From IMG/VR virus record IMGVR_UViG_3300037419_000693, positions 780 to 64,779 of that record: DNA of 64,000 bases. One strand, 5' to 3'. The notes under the pieces are model-generated. The model was not told the DNA's origin, made no database searches, and was given only the letters and a program-made list of their open reading frames with translations. The DNA is from a virus (taxonomy: Duplodnaviria > Caudoviricetes). Shown here one piece after another: positions 1 to 9,297 of the stretch (positions within the stretch are counted from its first letter, which is position 1; every line of letters starts with the position of its first letter). Both the position numbers and the translations under genes were made by a program.

Positions 1-1
1 A

Positions 2-487
2 TTCAACGCCCATAATGGGCAGAACCGCAAATATCATGCAGCACCTTACATCGTCCATCCTGCCCGAATCGCGTCGACATTGATGATGAAAGGGGCGAGT
101 CCCGCCCTGATTGCAGCCGCTTGGTTGCACGATGTTGAGGAAGATTGTGGTGTGAGTCATGCAACAATCGTAGAGAAGTTTGGTAGTACGGTTGCGTTCT
201 ACGTCTGGGCGATGACCAACCCATCGAAGGGCTTGCGTGGGAGTCGTGTTGAAAAGAAGGCAATCGACCGTGACCATTGGGCGGCTATTACCGACGCCAA
301 CGCTCAGTGGCTCAAGGCTGAAGACAGGCTAGACAATCTCCGCGATGCATGGGCTGGTCCGAAAGACTGGAGAATCGTGTACGCCAAAGAGTCTTCCGCC
401 CTCATCGACGTGTTGACTCTCGCCCCCGATGATATCCGTAAAGACTGTTACAACGTCATCGACCATCTGCTAGGTATCTCGGAATGA
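2..487 (+). CDS. RelA/SpoT-type HD-domain hydrolase (Mesh1/small alarmone hydrolase-like), 5' truncated by window edge
   Basis: Frame is open from nt 2: FNAHNGQNRKYHAAPYIVHPARIA...AAAWLHDVEED...KAEDRLDNLRD. This matches the AHxGQxRK-x-PYxxHP, HDxxED and K-x-DRxxN motifs of (p)ppGpp hydrolases. The ORF-track start at 80 is too late. Confidence 0.85.
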   Translation, partial: FNAHNGQNRKYHAAPYIVHPARIASTLMMKGASPALIAAAWLHDVEEDCGVSHATIVEKFGSTVAFYVWAMTNPSKGLRGSRVEKKAIDRDHWAAITDANAQWLKAEDRLDNLRDAWAGPKDWRIVYAKESSALIDVLTLAPDDIRKDCYNVIDHLLGISE

Positions 488-888
488 AAGTAAGAGGATT
501 AGACAACCGGGAATACCCCTGGAATCTAACCGGACTTCAAGTGAACGCGGACGACACCCGTCCGCGTTCTTCTTTGCACAAGGCGGCTCGGGAGTTACTC
601 AACGAACTCTATCCGACTAGCCCGGTTCTAGAAGAGGTTCCCTTGCCGGGGAGTGGCCAACTGAAAGCTGACTTCTACCTCTCCCGTCAGAAGTTGATGG
701 TTGAGGTTCACGGAGAACAGCACTATAAGTTCAACAAACACTTTCATGGCACCAAAGCAAACTTTATCGACGCCTGCAAGCGGGACGCGAACAAGCAAGA
801 ATGGTGTGAAATCAACAACATCAAATTAGTGGTGCTACCACATTGGGAAGACGTAGATGGCTGGAGAACCCGTATCCGCGAAAGATAG
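484..888 (+). CDS. PD-(D/E)xK endonuclease, Vsr/DUF559-like
   Basis: ADFYL...MVEVHGEQHY...D..K..WC...NIKLVVL pattern; ATGA overlap with the upstream gene. Confidence 0.7.
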   Translation: MKVRGLDNREYPWNLTGLQVNADDTRPRSSLHKAARELLNELYPTSPVLEEVPLPGSGQLKADFYLSRQKLMVEVHGEQHYKFNKHFHGTKANFIDACKRDANKQEWCEINNIKLVVLPHWEDVDGWRTRIRER

Positions 889-1345
889 AATCGACCAACG
901 AAGCGAGAAGCTTGAAGAGTACCTTGTGAAGAAAGGGTTGCCTCAGCCTGAGACTCGCTCGATTGACCAGTATCTTTCCATGACCCGTAGCGAACTCTCA
1001 CGCTATGCCCCGGAAGACTTGGGGGAAATCGCGTATGAGATTGACGCCTACGCTTACTATCTGCAAGACCTGATTAACCGGCACGAGTCGAAGAAGTTCT
1101 TTTGCCAGTGCCAAATCGAAGCGTTGGTTGGTGGCGTGCTATCCAACTACAACGTCTACGGTCAGAGAGAAAAGTGGCTTGCCGCCATTCACGACAATGA
1201 CCACGCTCGGGCATTCTGGGAGAACCAGAACACTCACGAATTGGTGATTCAACGGCTGTCGTTCTTGAGCAAACGATTGGAGAAAATATCTAACACATTA
1301 GAAAACTTACAGATGACGAAACGGAGGCAATATGCCAAGAGCTAA
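857..1345 (+). CDS. hypothetical alpha-helical protein (possibly recombination-mediator-like)
   Basis: 162-aa ORF in operon, overlapping both neighbours; helical composition; function not assignable. Confidence 0.6.
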   Translation: MAGEPVSAKDRIDQRSEKLEEYLVKKGLPQPETRSIDQYLSMTRSELSRYAPEDLGEIAYEIDAYAYYLQDLINRHESKKFFCQCQIEALVGGVLSNYNVYGQREKWLAAIHDNDHARAFWENQNTHELVIQRLSFLSKRLEKISNTLENLQMTKRRQYAKS

Positions 1346-1994
1346 GAAGAACCCGAAGATTGCCGCCTTGGAGGTCAAGATAGTCTCGGCAATGATGACC
1401 GGCTTGTACGACAAAGCCAAAGAGTTGTCCGATCAGGTCAAGGCGTTGAAGGAAGAAGACAAGGCGAAGGCCAAAGCCGCCAAAGCGACCAAGGCCAAGC
1501 CCAAAAAGACCGCCAGCAAGGCCCCTAGGGGTTCCAAGATAGTGTCCAAACCCCCTAAGACGACCAAGACCCCGTCCAGGGCTAAAAAGACTATCTCGGA
1601 ACCTGTGGAAGAGGCAGACGAAACCGCTAGCTATATCGCCCCGTCGCGTCCCAAGGGGCGTGGTCGCGGCAACGGCGGTGAGTTCGTCGGTCCAGACGGC
1701 AAGGCCCACACCTACTCTCGGCGTGAGAGTATGGCCGGGTCAGATTTCAAGAACCAATTCAACGCAAAGGAATACGATGTCCGACTTCCTGCTAACCATG
1801 CTAAAGTCGATTCGAAGCTACGCAAAGCGAAGCTTTCTCCCCGACCGGGCCAGCCTGGTGCGTCGCGTCCTGCCGCGACAAAAATCTCTGTCCGTTGTCA
1901 AGGTGGGTGCAACGGTGACTACGAAGTGTATCCGTGGGAATGTGAAAAAGTAGACGCGAAGACGAAGTATATCTGCAACGACTGTATTCATTAA
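1332..1994 (+). CDS. hypothetical protein with Lys/Ala/Pro-rich basic region and C-terminal Cys cluster
   Basis: KAKAKAAKATKAKPKKTASKAPRGSK tract; CQGGC...C...CNDC at the C-terminus. Confidence 0.65.
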   Translation: MPRAKKNPKIAALEVKIVSAMMTGLYDKAKELSDQVKALKEEDKAKAKAAKATKAKPKKTASKAPRGSKIVSKPPKTTKTPSRAKKTISEPVEEADETASYIAPSRPKGRGRGNGGEFVGPDGKAHTYSRRESMAGSDFKNQFNAKEYDVRLPANHAKVDSKLRKAKLSPRPGQPGASRPAATKISVRCQGGCNGDYEVYPWECEKVDAKTKYICNDCIH

Positions 1995-2006
1995 GTTGGT
2001 GGTAGG

Positions 2007-3539
2007 ATGGACAAGGAAAAGAAAGCGTTCACGGATAAAGCGGCTGAAATCTCGGTAATGTCTGGTATCTTCAGACACGGCTATGATTCTTTCGTAGACG
2101 TATCCGACTTGATTGATGCTAATGTTTTTACGGATAACTTCAACGCGGCGTTATACAAAAGCATCGAGTATCACTACAAGGATGGGGATAGGCCGCTAGA
2201 CCTACCGTCGATTCTATCGGCGGCTAAAGCTGTGGGCGTGTTAGATATCGTCGACAGGCCCGAAGAGAAGCGTCATCTTCGGACCTATCAGAACTATCCG
2301 GTCGAGAAAGAGACAGTCAGAAGAGAGGCAGGGAAATTAGTCAAGCTTAGAATCGCGGAGATGATTGACGAAATCTCCGCACAAGCGAGACGTGACCTGA
2401 GAGGGTTGAGTGGGGATGAGTCGCTCAACACGATTGTCGGGATACTTGAGAATCCCCTGTTTGAGTATGTGGCTAAAATCAACTCCTCCGAGATGGAGGG
2501 GCCGAAACACATCGCTTACGGGGTCGACGAGTACCTAGACAACCTGGAGAACAACCCCCGCGAAATCGTCGGCATCTCTAGCGGGTTTGGTATCTATGAC
2601 ACTTGCATCGGGGGCGGCTATCGACGGGGCACCGTCAACATCGTCGCGGCTAGACCTAAGACCGGTAAGACAGTATTCATCGATAATGTTGCGTTGCACG
2701 TCGCGGGCGTTCTAGGGGTGCCCGTCCTTAACCTTGACACTGAAATGTCGAGAGAGGAACACCTTGCTCGTATTCTTGCTCACTTGAGCGGCGTTCCTAT
2801 CAAAGAGATTGAAAGCGGTAAGTATGCGACCGACCCTACGAAACGAGCCGCTGTGAGGGCAGCCGCCAAGTATCTTAAGTCGATTCCGTATGAATATGAA
2901 AGCGTCATCAACAAGTCGTTCGAAGAACAGGTGGCGACTATTCGCCGTTGGGTTCTGAAAAACGTAGGAACCGACGAGCACGGACGCACTAAGGATTGCT
3001 TGGTAGCGTACGACTACCTTCAGTTAACCGACGCCAGCGAGTTCGGCAACGGCGACTTCAAAGAGTATCAGATTCTTGGCTTTCAGATGTTGTCGCTGCT
3101 TAGGTTGGCGGCAAGATGTGACGTGCCCATTCTCTCGATGCTTCAGTTGAATCGCGACGGTATCGACAAGGAAACGACAGCCGGGGCCGCTGGCTCTGAC
3201 CGTATCATCTGGAAATGTGCTAACTTCACCATCCTGAAGCGTAAGACTGAGGAAGAACTAGCCGAAGACGGAGGGGCCGAAGAGGGCAACCTCAAACTAG
3301 TCCCCGTCATCAGTCGCCACGGAGAAGCCTTGGGTGACCGAGACTATATCAACCTCAAGTTTCAGGGGGCGACGGCGAAACTTGTAGAAGGGCGGACCCG
3401 CAATGAAGTGGCAAAGGGCAAAAAGTCAGGCAGTAAAGGCTTCGAAGTGGAATACGACGAAGAAAAGCCCGACGACGCCGACGAAGAAAAACCAAAACGT
3501 AGGGGGCGGAAGAAGAAAGCCGAACCTGATTTCGAATGA
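2007..3539 (+). CDS. dnaB: replicative DNA helicase DnaB
   Basis: Walker A ARPKTGKT, EMSREE, DYLQL, QLNRDG motifs; N-terminal DnaB domain; acidic/basic tail. Confidence 0.95.
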   Translation: MDKEKKAFTDKAAEISVMSGIFRHGYDSFVDVSDLIDANVFTDNFNAALYKSIEYHYKDGDRPLDLPSILSAAKAVGVLDIVDRPEEKRHLRTYQNYPVEKETVRREAGKLVKLRIAEMIDEISAQARRDLRGLSGDESLNTIVGILENPLFEYVAKINSSEMEGPKHIAYGVDEYLDNLENNPREIVGISSGFGIYDTCIGGGYRRGTVNIVAARPKTGKTVFIDNVALHVAGVLGVPVLNLDTEMSREEHLARILAHLSGVPIKEIESGKYATDPTKRAAVRAAAKYLKSIPYEYESVINKSFEEQVATIRRWVLKNVGTDEHGRTKDCLVAYDYLQLTDASEFGNGDFKEYQILGFQMLSLLRLAARCDVPILSMLQLNRDGIDKETTAGAAGSDRIIWKCANFTILKRKTEEELAEDGGAEEGNLKLVPVISRHGEALGDRDYINLKFQGATAKLVEGRTRNEVAKGKKSGSKGFEVEYDEEKPDDADEEKPKRRGRKKKAEPDFE

Positions 3540-3573
3540 CGACCCGGTCTATTACGCCAAGAGCGGGCTGTTG

Positions 3574-4674
3574 ATGGAGAAAGCCCTGTATCGCCTTGAA
3601 GACCTGTTAGACGAGTTGGGCATAAAGGCACGTATGCGTGCCTCGAAGTTCAATGGTGCCTGCCCCGTCCACGGCGGCAAGAGTAGCAACTTCAACCTCT
3701 ACCCTGACGGCTACAAGAGTCGCGGATTCTGGCATTGCATGTCCGAACACTGCGAACGAGTCTTCAAAGGGAACATCATCGGTCTGGTTCGCGGTGTACT
3801 ATCCCATCAGGAGAAAGGGTGGATGACCAAGGGCGACGACACGGTTAGCTGGCAATATGCCATCGATTGGCTATGCAACTGGCTAGACGTTGACTTCGAA
3901 AGCCTTGAGCCAGACCTTGACAAGTTCGACCGGCACAAGTTCACGTCGGGCATCGATATCTTCACTCAAAGGATAGAGACGCCCAAGGGAATTTGTTCCC
4001 GCGAGAAGCTTCGCAAGCACCTGCAAATCCCGGCACAGTATTTCATTGAGCGGAACTATTCTCCTGCCTTACTTGATGAGTACGACGTTGGGTTTTGTGC
4101 CGACCCTAAGAGTAAGCTGTATAACCGCGTGGTGGTGCCAATCTACGACAACGACCACTCGTATGTTATCGGCTGCATAGGACGAAGCATCTATCCCGAA
4201 TGCCCGCTCTGTAAGATGCACCATGCGGACGGGGTCTGTCCCGAACGCTGGGAGTATGCAAATTACTGCAAGTGGAAGGTCATCGACAACTTCAACGACA
4301 AGAATCATCTTTACAACATGTGGATGGCCAAAGATGCCATCTTGAAAACGAGGTGCGTGGTTTTGGTTGAAGGGGCAGGGGATGTATGGCGTCTGGCGTC
4401 AGCAGGAATTGAAAACGTTGTAGGTATATTCGGCAGCGACTTGCAAGAGTCACAGATTATCTCTCTAGAGTGCAGTGGTGCAACCACCGTAATCTGTCTG
4501 ACCGACAATGATAAGGCGGGGGAGAATGTGTGTCGTCAAATCAGAGAACGATGCTGGTTTGCGGCGAACATCTTCCGCCCGACGTTTAAAGGACATGATG
4601 TGGGTGGGCTAACGGAAGAATACATCGTTAGCTCTGGACTAAAAGACTTTATTGATTCTAAAGCACGGAGATAA
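3574..4674 (+). CDS. dnaG: DNA primase (CHC2 zinc-binding plus TOPRIM)
   Basis: CPVHGG...C zinc domain, TOPRIM LVEGAGDV and TDNDKAG; follows dnaB. Start uncertain: the ORF-track start at 3403 overlaps dnaB by about 135 nt. Confidence 0.85.
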   Translation: MEKALYRLEDLLDELGIKARMRASKFNGACPVHGGKSSNFNLYPDGYKSRGFWHCMSEHCERVFKGNIIGLVRGVLSHQEKGWMTKGDDTVSWQYAIDWLCNWLDVDFESLEPDLDKFDRHKFTSGIDIFTQRIETPKGICSREKLRKHLQIPAQYFIERNYSPALLDEYDVGFCADPKSKLYNRVVVPIYDNDHSYVIGCIGRSIYPECPLCKMHHADGVCPERWEYANYCKWKVIDNFNDKNHLYNMWMAKDAILKTRCVVLVEGAGDVWRLASAGIENVVGIFGSDLQESQIISLECSGATTVICLTDNDKAGENVCRQIRERCWFAANIFRPTFKGHDVGGLTEEYIVSSGLKDFIDSKARR

Positions 4675-4677
4675 GCT

Positions 4678-6513
4678 ATGGCTACACTCTCAGTCGATAC
4701 CGACTTTGCGGCTGTGGGCGACGGTACGACCGACGACACGACGCACTTTGCTAACGCGATTACGCAATTAACAACCAACGGCGGTGGGACGCTGGTACTT
4801 GGCGATAAGACCTATCTCATCAAGACTGCCGGTAACGGCTTCGCTCTGCCATCAAACTGTAAAATCGTCGGAGTTCCCGGCAAGACAACCTTACTACTCG
4901 ACAATGCCGCTCCGAGCACGAGCAATCCGCCTTACGGTGGTATCTTCACCATTACAGGCGTCAACAACGTACTGCTGCAAGACTTCACGATTAAGCGGAA
5001 CTCGGCCGTTCTGAGTAACCTTCTTTTAATCGACGCATGTTCGAACATCACGTTCCGCAACCTAACCCTCAACGGGCAGATGGCGACCTTCGCTGGGAAT
5101 GCTTTGTGTCATGGTCTTCGCTACGGCAATACGGGCGGGGCCGTCACCAATGTTTCCAATATCGTGATCGAAGGGTGTGAATTCTTCGGTCTGTCGTTCG
5201 GTCTTTACATGACGAATGCCAGCACTGCGAGCGTCTATGGATTCAGCGTCCGAGACAACTCGTTCCACGACAACTTTGCTGACGATGTGAATTTCAATGC
5301 ACCGCTCGGCACGTTCGTCTTCGGTCAGGTTACCGGGAACCGGTTCAAACACAACTTGTCGACGTCTAACGTGGGCGGTTTCGCTGTTGACCTGGCGAAT
5401 GTGCAGTATGTCGTCATCTCCAACAACATTATCGACGACTACCCATATAACGGCGTCCACCTCGAAGACCGTACAGCACACGTTTCCGTAACAGACAACA
5501 TTCTGAGGAACTGTGCCAAGACGGATGAATCGGTGGTTCAAATCGTTGCGGGCGTGACATTCGTTACCGTGAGTGGTAATTGCATCGACCAATCCGGCAC
5601 GACTCCGAGCGGGACACGTCAGAGCACAGCAGCGGTTTATATCGGGCCGGGTGGTGGTACAACCTCTCCGGACAGAATCACGGTCACTAGCAACACCTTC
5701 AAGCTTGGTTCGGGATGGGATGGTATTTCAGCCTTCTCGGTTCCGCGACTCACAATCAACGGCAACCACTTCGAAGGTTCGGGAACGGGGGCTTGGAATG
5801 GCACCTACAGCGGTGGCGGGAACAGTGCTCTCGACATCATCAACGGTGGCCCGGTATCTATCAATGGAAACTACTGCTTTGGTATGGAATCCTTCATCAA
5901 AGGCAGTGCGAGTGCTTTCCGAACTCCGGTCGGGTCGATTGCCGGTAACACGATTGAGCAATGCCATATCGGCATGAAGCTTCAACCGGCCGGGAACTCT
6001 GTCGTTGGTCTGAACTACTTCTCGAATTGCGAGTTCTCTATCAACAGCGGTAGCAACGGCGTCACCGTCGCGGACAGGGCGGTTATCGCGTTCAACCTCG
6101 CTAACGGCAGCACCAACGATATTCAGACGACCTACGGCAATTTCTGGGGCGGCACGGCCGAGACTCAACGATTGGTAGTCTTCAATTGCGATACGAAGCT
6201 TGGAGCACAAGGCTTCCCGGTTCAAGGCTTCTTCTGCACACCAGATAAGCTGGCTATTACGGCAGATGCTAACGCAACCACAGACACCTTCTATTACTCG
6301 ACGAGTAGAAATCAGCCGGTCTATAAGGACGGAACGGGGAGTGTTCACGGATTCTATGTCAGCCAAGACGACCAAGGCAACAATAATATGGTCGACTTCA
6401 CTCAGAAACAGACTACCGCGATTGCGTCCAACCAGGTCAATAAGAACCGGGGCGGTACGTTTGCGGTAGGGGATAGAATGAACAACGTTAACGAAGACCC
6501 AACAATCACGTAA
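4678..6513 (+). CDS. right-handed parallel beta-helix protein (pectate-lyase-3/tailspike-like)
   Basis: N-terminal DFAAVGDGTTDDTTHFANAI motif; many N/G-rich ladder repeats (ISNNII, VTDNIL, VSGNCI, VTSNTF, INGNHF, IAGNTI). Confidence 0.85.
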   Translation: MATLSVDTDFAAVGDGTTDDTTHFANAITQLTTNGGGTLVLGDKTYLIKTAGNGFALPSNCKIVGVPGKTTLLLDNAAPSTSNPPYGGIFTITGVNNVLLQDFTIKRNSAVLSNLLLIDACSNITFRNLTLNGQMATFAGNALCHGLRYGNTGGAVTNVSNIVIEGCEFFGLSFGLYMTNASTASVYGFSVRDNSFHDNFADDVNFNAPLGTFVFGQVTGNRFKHNLSTSNVGGFAVDLANVQYVVISNNIIDDYPYNGVHLEDRTAHVSVTDNILRNCAKTDESVVQIVAGVTFVTVSGNCIDQSGTTPSGTRQSTAAVYIGPGGGTTSPDRITVTSNTFKLGSGWDGISAFSVPRLTINGNHFEGSGTGAWNGTYSGGGNSALDIINGGPVSINGNYCFGMESFIKGSASAFRTPVGSIAGNTIEQCHIGMKLQPAGNSVVGLNYFSNCEFSINSGSNGVTVADRAVIAFNLANGSTNDIQTTYGNFWGGTAETQRLVVFNCDTKLGAQGFPVQGFFCTPDKLAITADANATTDTFYYSTSRNQPVYKDGTGSVHGFYVSQDDQGNNNMVDFTQKQTTAIASNQVNKNRGGTFAVGDRMNNVNEDPTIT

Positions 6514-6521
6514 GGAAAAGT

Positions 6522-7220
6522 ATGCAAAAGATTATCGGACTTGCGGGGCGGAAACAGTCAGGGAAAAACACTTCCTTCAACTGCATGAAACTATGGATTC
6601 CTGACGCTCAGGAATTCGCCTTTGCCGACCCTCTCAAGAGAATGTGTATCGATATTCTCGGACTAGAGGAAAGACAGGCTTACGGTTCAGACGCGGACAA
6701 AAATGAGCAAGTGCCCCACTTGCTCTGGGAGAACTTTCCCGTACCTGTTGGTATCGATGGGAAGGTGATTGACCCCTATAGACAATACCTTCCAGAATTG
6801 CTCTATCACAAAGAGATAGAACTTAAAAAGGGTCCGATGACGGCCCGACAGGTCTTGCAGTATTGGGGTAGTGAGATTTTTCGCCGGGCTTATGGTGACG
6901 TTTGGGTTGACGCAACACTACGAAAAATCAGAAAGTCGGGCTGTGAGTTCGCCGTCATCACTGACTGTCGATTCCCCAACGAACTAGCCGCCATCCAAGA
7001 GGCTGGCGGCAAGGTAATCAAGCTAACTCGAAATATCTTCCCCAACGACAACCATCCTAGCGAGACGGCTTTTGACGAAGACAAGTTCAATCAAGAGTTA
7101 TTTGATGCTGTGCTTGATAACCGTCTCATGGACGTTTCTGACCAGTGTGAATCGCTATACGCGATTCTGCGAAGATGGGGCTACGTCGACAAGAAAGAAC
7201 TTGGGAGGATTCACGTTTGA
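6522..7220 (+). CDS. deoxynucleoside monophosphate kinase
   Basis: IIGLAGRKQSGKNT P-loop; FADPLK; RQVLQYWGSEIFR; ITDCRFPNE. Confidence 0.9.
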   Translation: MQKIIGLAGRKQSGKNTSFNCMKLWIPDAQEFAFADPLKRMCIDILGLEERQAYGSDADKNEQVPHLLWENFPVPVGIDGKVIDPYRQYLPELLYHKEIELKKGPMTARQVLQYWGSEIFRRAYGDVWVDATLRKIRKSGCEFAVITDCRFPNELAAIQEAGGKVIKLTRNIFPNDNHPSETAFDEDKFNQELFDAVLDNRLMDVSDQCESLYAILRRWGYVDKKELGRIHV

Positions 7221-8254
7221 TTATTACATATTTGAGGTCTAGTTCGTACGGCACCCATCAGATGTGCGAACAGAAGTATTTTCTTTCCTACGTACTAGGT
7301 ATGAAAGAACCTTCAAATCTAAAAGCGGATAAGGGGAACGTAGTCCATAAGGCACTAGAACTGTACGCCAGAAAAAAGAAGTGTCAGCAAGACAAGACAC
7401 TGACCTACGAAGACGATAACTTTGGTACGGTGCGTGCCGCCGACATCAATCTTGAGTGGGCTGTCAACAAAGCTTACAAATACTATTCCGAGTTGGCCAC
7501 CCACCACAACTGGACGAAGAAAGACCATAAAGACTGTTACGTTTGGACTGAAAAATGTCTGCTCATGAACAACGGTCTGTTCAACCCGATGAATCGAAAG
7601 ATTATCGAGCCAGAACAACGCTTCGACTTTGAGATAAAGAAGCCGTGGGCGGCATACGACTATGAACTTCCTGACGGAACTTCTTTTTCGGGGTTCCTCT
7701 CCATTAAAGGGACGATGGACCTTGTAGTTGACGAGGGTGAAGGTCTGATCGAGGTTATTGACTATAAAACGGGCCGTCGTCTGGATTGGGCTACAGGCGA
7801 AGAGAAGACATATAAGAAGTTGCGGTATGACCCGCAGCTACTTCTCTATCATTATGCCACTGCATTGCTATACCCCGATGCTGACGAAATCTTCATCACC
7901 ATCATCTACATCAACGATGGCGGGCCGTTCACGTTCTGCTTTGAACGCAAAGACTTTGAGCTAACTGAAAGACTTCTGAGAAAGAAGTTTGAAAGTATTC
8001 GCGACCAACAAAGGCCACAGCTAAAGAAGTCTTGGAAGTGTACGAAGCTGTGCATGTTTGGCAAACAGTCTCATCCTCTTGATAGTTCCAAGACCATCTG
8101 CGAGTTCATCAAGGATGAGACAAGAAAGAAGGGGGCTGACGCTGTTCTCTGTGAGTACGGAGACGTCAGCAAGGTTAACACCTACCAAGACGGTGGTGGA
8201 AGAAGGGCAGATAATGCACAAGGAAAGACTACTGAAGCTGGCGAACTTTCTTGA
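7217..8254 (+). CDS. PD-(D/E)xK exonuclease, Cas4/AddB-like with probable Fe-S cysteines
   Basis: SSYGTHQMCEQKY, GTMDLV...IDYKTG, Q..LY, C-terminal CTKLC...C; TTG start overlapping the upstream TGA. Confidence 0.85.
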   Translation: MIITYLRSSSYGTHQMCEQKYFLSYVLGMKEPSNLKADKGNVVHKALELYARKKKCQQDKTLTYEDDNFGTVRAADINLEWAVNKAYKYYSELATHHNWTKKDHKDCYVWTEKCLLMNNGLFNPMNRKIIEPEQRFDFEIKKPWAAYDYELPDGTSFSGFLSIKGTMDLVVDEGEGLIEVIDYKTGRRLDWATGEEKTYKKLRYDPQLLLYHYATALLYPDADEIFITIIYINDGGPFTFCFERKDFELTERLLRKKFESIRDQQRPQLKKSWKCTKLCMFGKQSHPLDSSKTICEFIKDETRKKGADAVLCEYGDVSKVNTYQDGGGRRADNAQGKTTEAGELS

Positions 8255-8579
8255 GACAGTCGAACCCGAAAGATTCGACCTGTCAACGTGGAGCGATTCC
8301 AACTTTACCCCTGAAAAATGTGACACAGCGGCCTGTGCGTGTGGATGGGCGACCGTCATCTTCAAAGATGAGGGCTTCACACTCTATAACTCCATGCCAA
8401 TGTATAATGACGACAAGAATAGACGAAGCTATATTTCTTGGAAGGCGGTACAAGCCTTCTTCGATATCACAAACGATGGTGCGGAATATCTGTTCTGCAA
8501 TAGTTCGTATGAGGATGATGGTACTAGCCCATTAGAGGTGTCTGAGAGGATTAGAAGGTTTACCAATGGAAAAGATTGA
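8214..8579 (+). CDS. hypothetical phage protein
   Basis: ATG at 8214 after AGGG; CDTAACACGWA motif; overlaps neighbours. Confidence 0.6.
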   Translation: MHKERLLKLANFLETVEPERFDLSTWSDSNFTPEKCDTAACACGWATVIFKDEGFTLYNSMPMYNDDKNRRSYISWKAVQAFFDITNDGAEYLFCNSSYEDDGTSPLEVSERIRRFTNGKD

Positions 8580-9006
8580 GTTCTACAGCACGCGGGACGC
8601 GTACGGATGTTTCTCCAACTTCTCCCGGCATCCGATTCATATCGGCGGGAAGAAGTGGCCGACGACTGAGCACTACTTTCAGGGGCAGAAGTTCGCAGGT
8701 ACTGACCACGAAGAGGAGGTGCGTCAGGCCAAGACGGCGGGAGACGCCGCACGGATGGGGCGTGAACGTTCCCGACCGCTCCGCAAGGATTGGGAAACCG
8801 TCAAGGAAGACATCATGTATGAAGCACTCGTCGCCAAATTCGAACAGCATGAAGTGTTTCGTACCACCCTCATGAGTACCGGTGATGCTGAGATTGTCGA
8901 GCACACGGTCAACGACTCCTATTGGGGCGACGGAGGCGACGGGTCAGGAAAAAATCGACTCGGATACCTATTGATGAAATTGAGAAGCGAGAAGAGAAAT
9001 GTCTAA
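8566..9006 (+). CDS. NADAR family (YbiA-like) N-glycosidase / ADP-ribosyl hydrolase
   Basis: FSNFSRHPI, WPTTEHYFQGQKF, RKDWETVK, DSYWGDGGDGSGKNRLG motifs. Confidence 0.92.
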   Translation: MEKIEFYSTRDAYGCFSNFSRHPIHIGGKKWPTTEHYFQGQKFAGTDHEEEVRQAKTAGDAARMGRERSRPLRKDWETVKEDIMYEALVAKFEQHEVFRTTLMSTGDAEIVEHTVNDSYWGDGGDGSGKNRLGYLLMKLRSEKRNV

Positions 9007-9283
9007 GAAAATCGATTTTTACAAGCAGTGTACGCTACGCAAAGACAACACCTTTACCGTTGCATGGATAGACGCCAACCGTGCCATCATCGGGGAAACC
9101 GTTACCATCAAGCATGACAACGGTACGCTGGAAGATGGGTGGAGAGTCGAGACGGCGAGTTCGCCACTCGCGGCCAGCATCGTAGAAGCAAACGAGCGGA
9201 ATTATCTGAAGCAACGGCGTGCGAGCGACGTTGTCTTCAAGGATATCAAGGAAGCTAACAAGAACGCCTGTTCTGGATTCTAA
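8999..9283 (+). CDS. hypothetical protein
   Basis: 94-aa ORF coupled to the NADAR gene. Confidence 0.6.
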   Translation: MSKKIDFYKQCTLRKDNTFTVAWIDANRAIIGETVTIKHDNGTLEDGWRVETASSPLAASIVEANERNYLKQRRASDVVFKDIKEANKNACSGF

Positions 9284-9297
9284 CAAGGAAATCACAA

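Noticed and set aside
857-1345. UvsY-like recombination mediator assignment
   Set aside because: Only size, helicity and position suggest it; no diagnostic motif recognised
3403-3573. N-terminal extension of primase given by the ORF track
   Set aside because: Overlaps the dnaB tail out of frame and has no primase-like character; real start is probably near 3571-3574
7217-8254. Cas4-like nuclease as a sign of a CRISPR system
   Set aside because: No repeat-spacer array and no cas1/cas2 seen; it sits among replication genes, as solo phage exonucleases do
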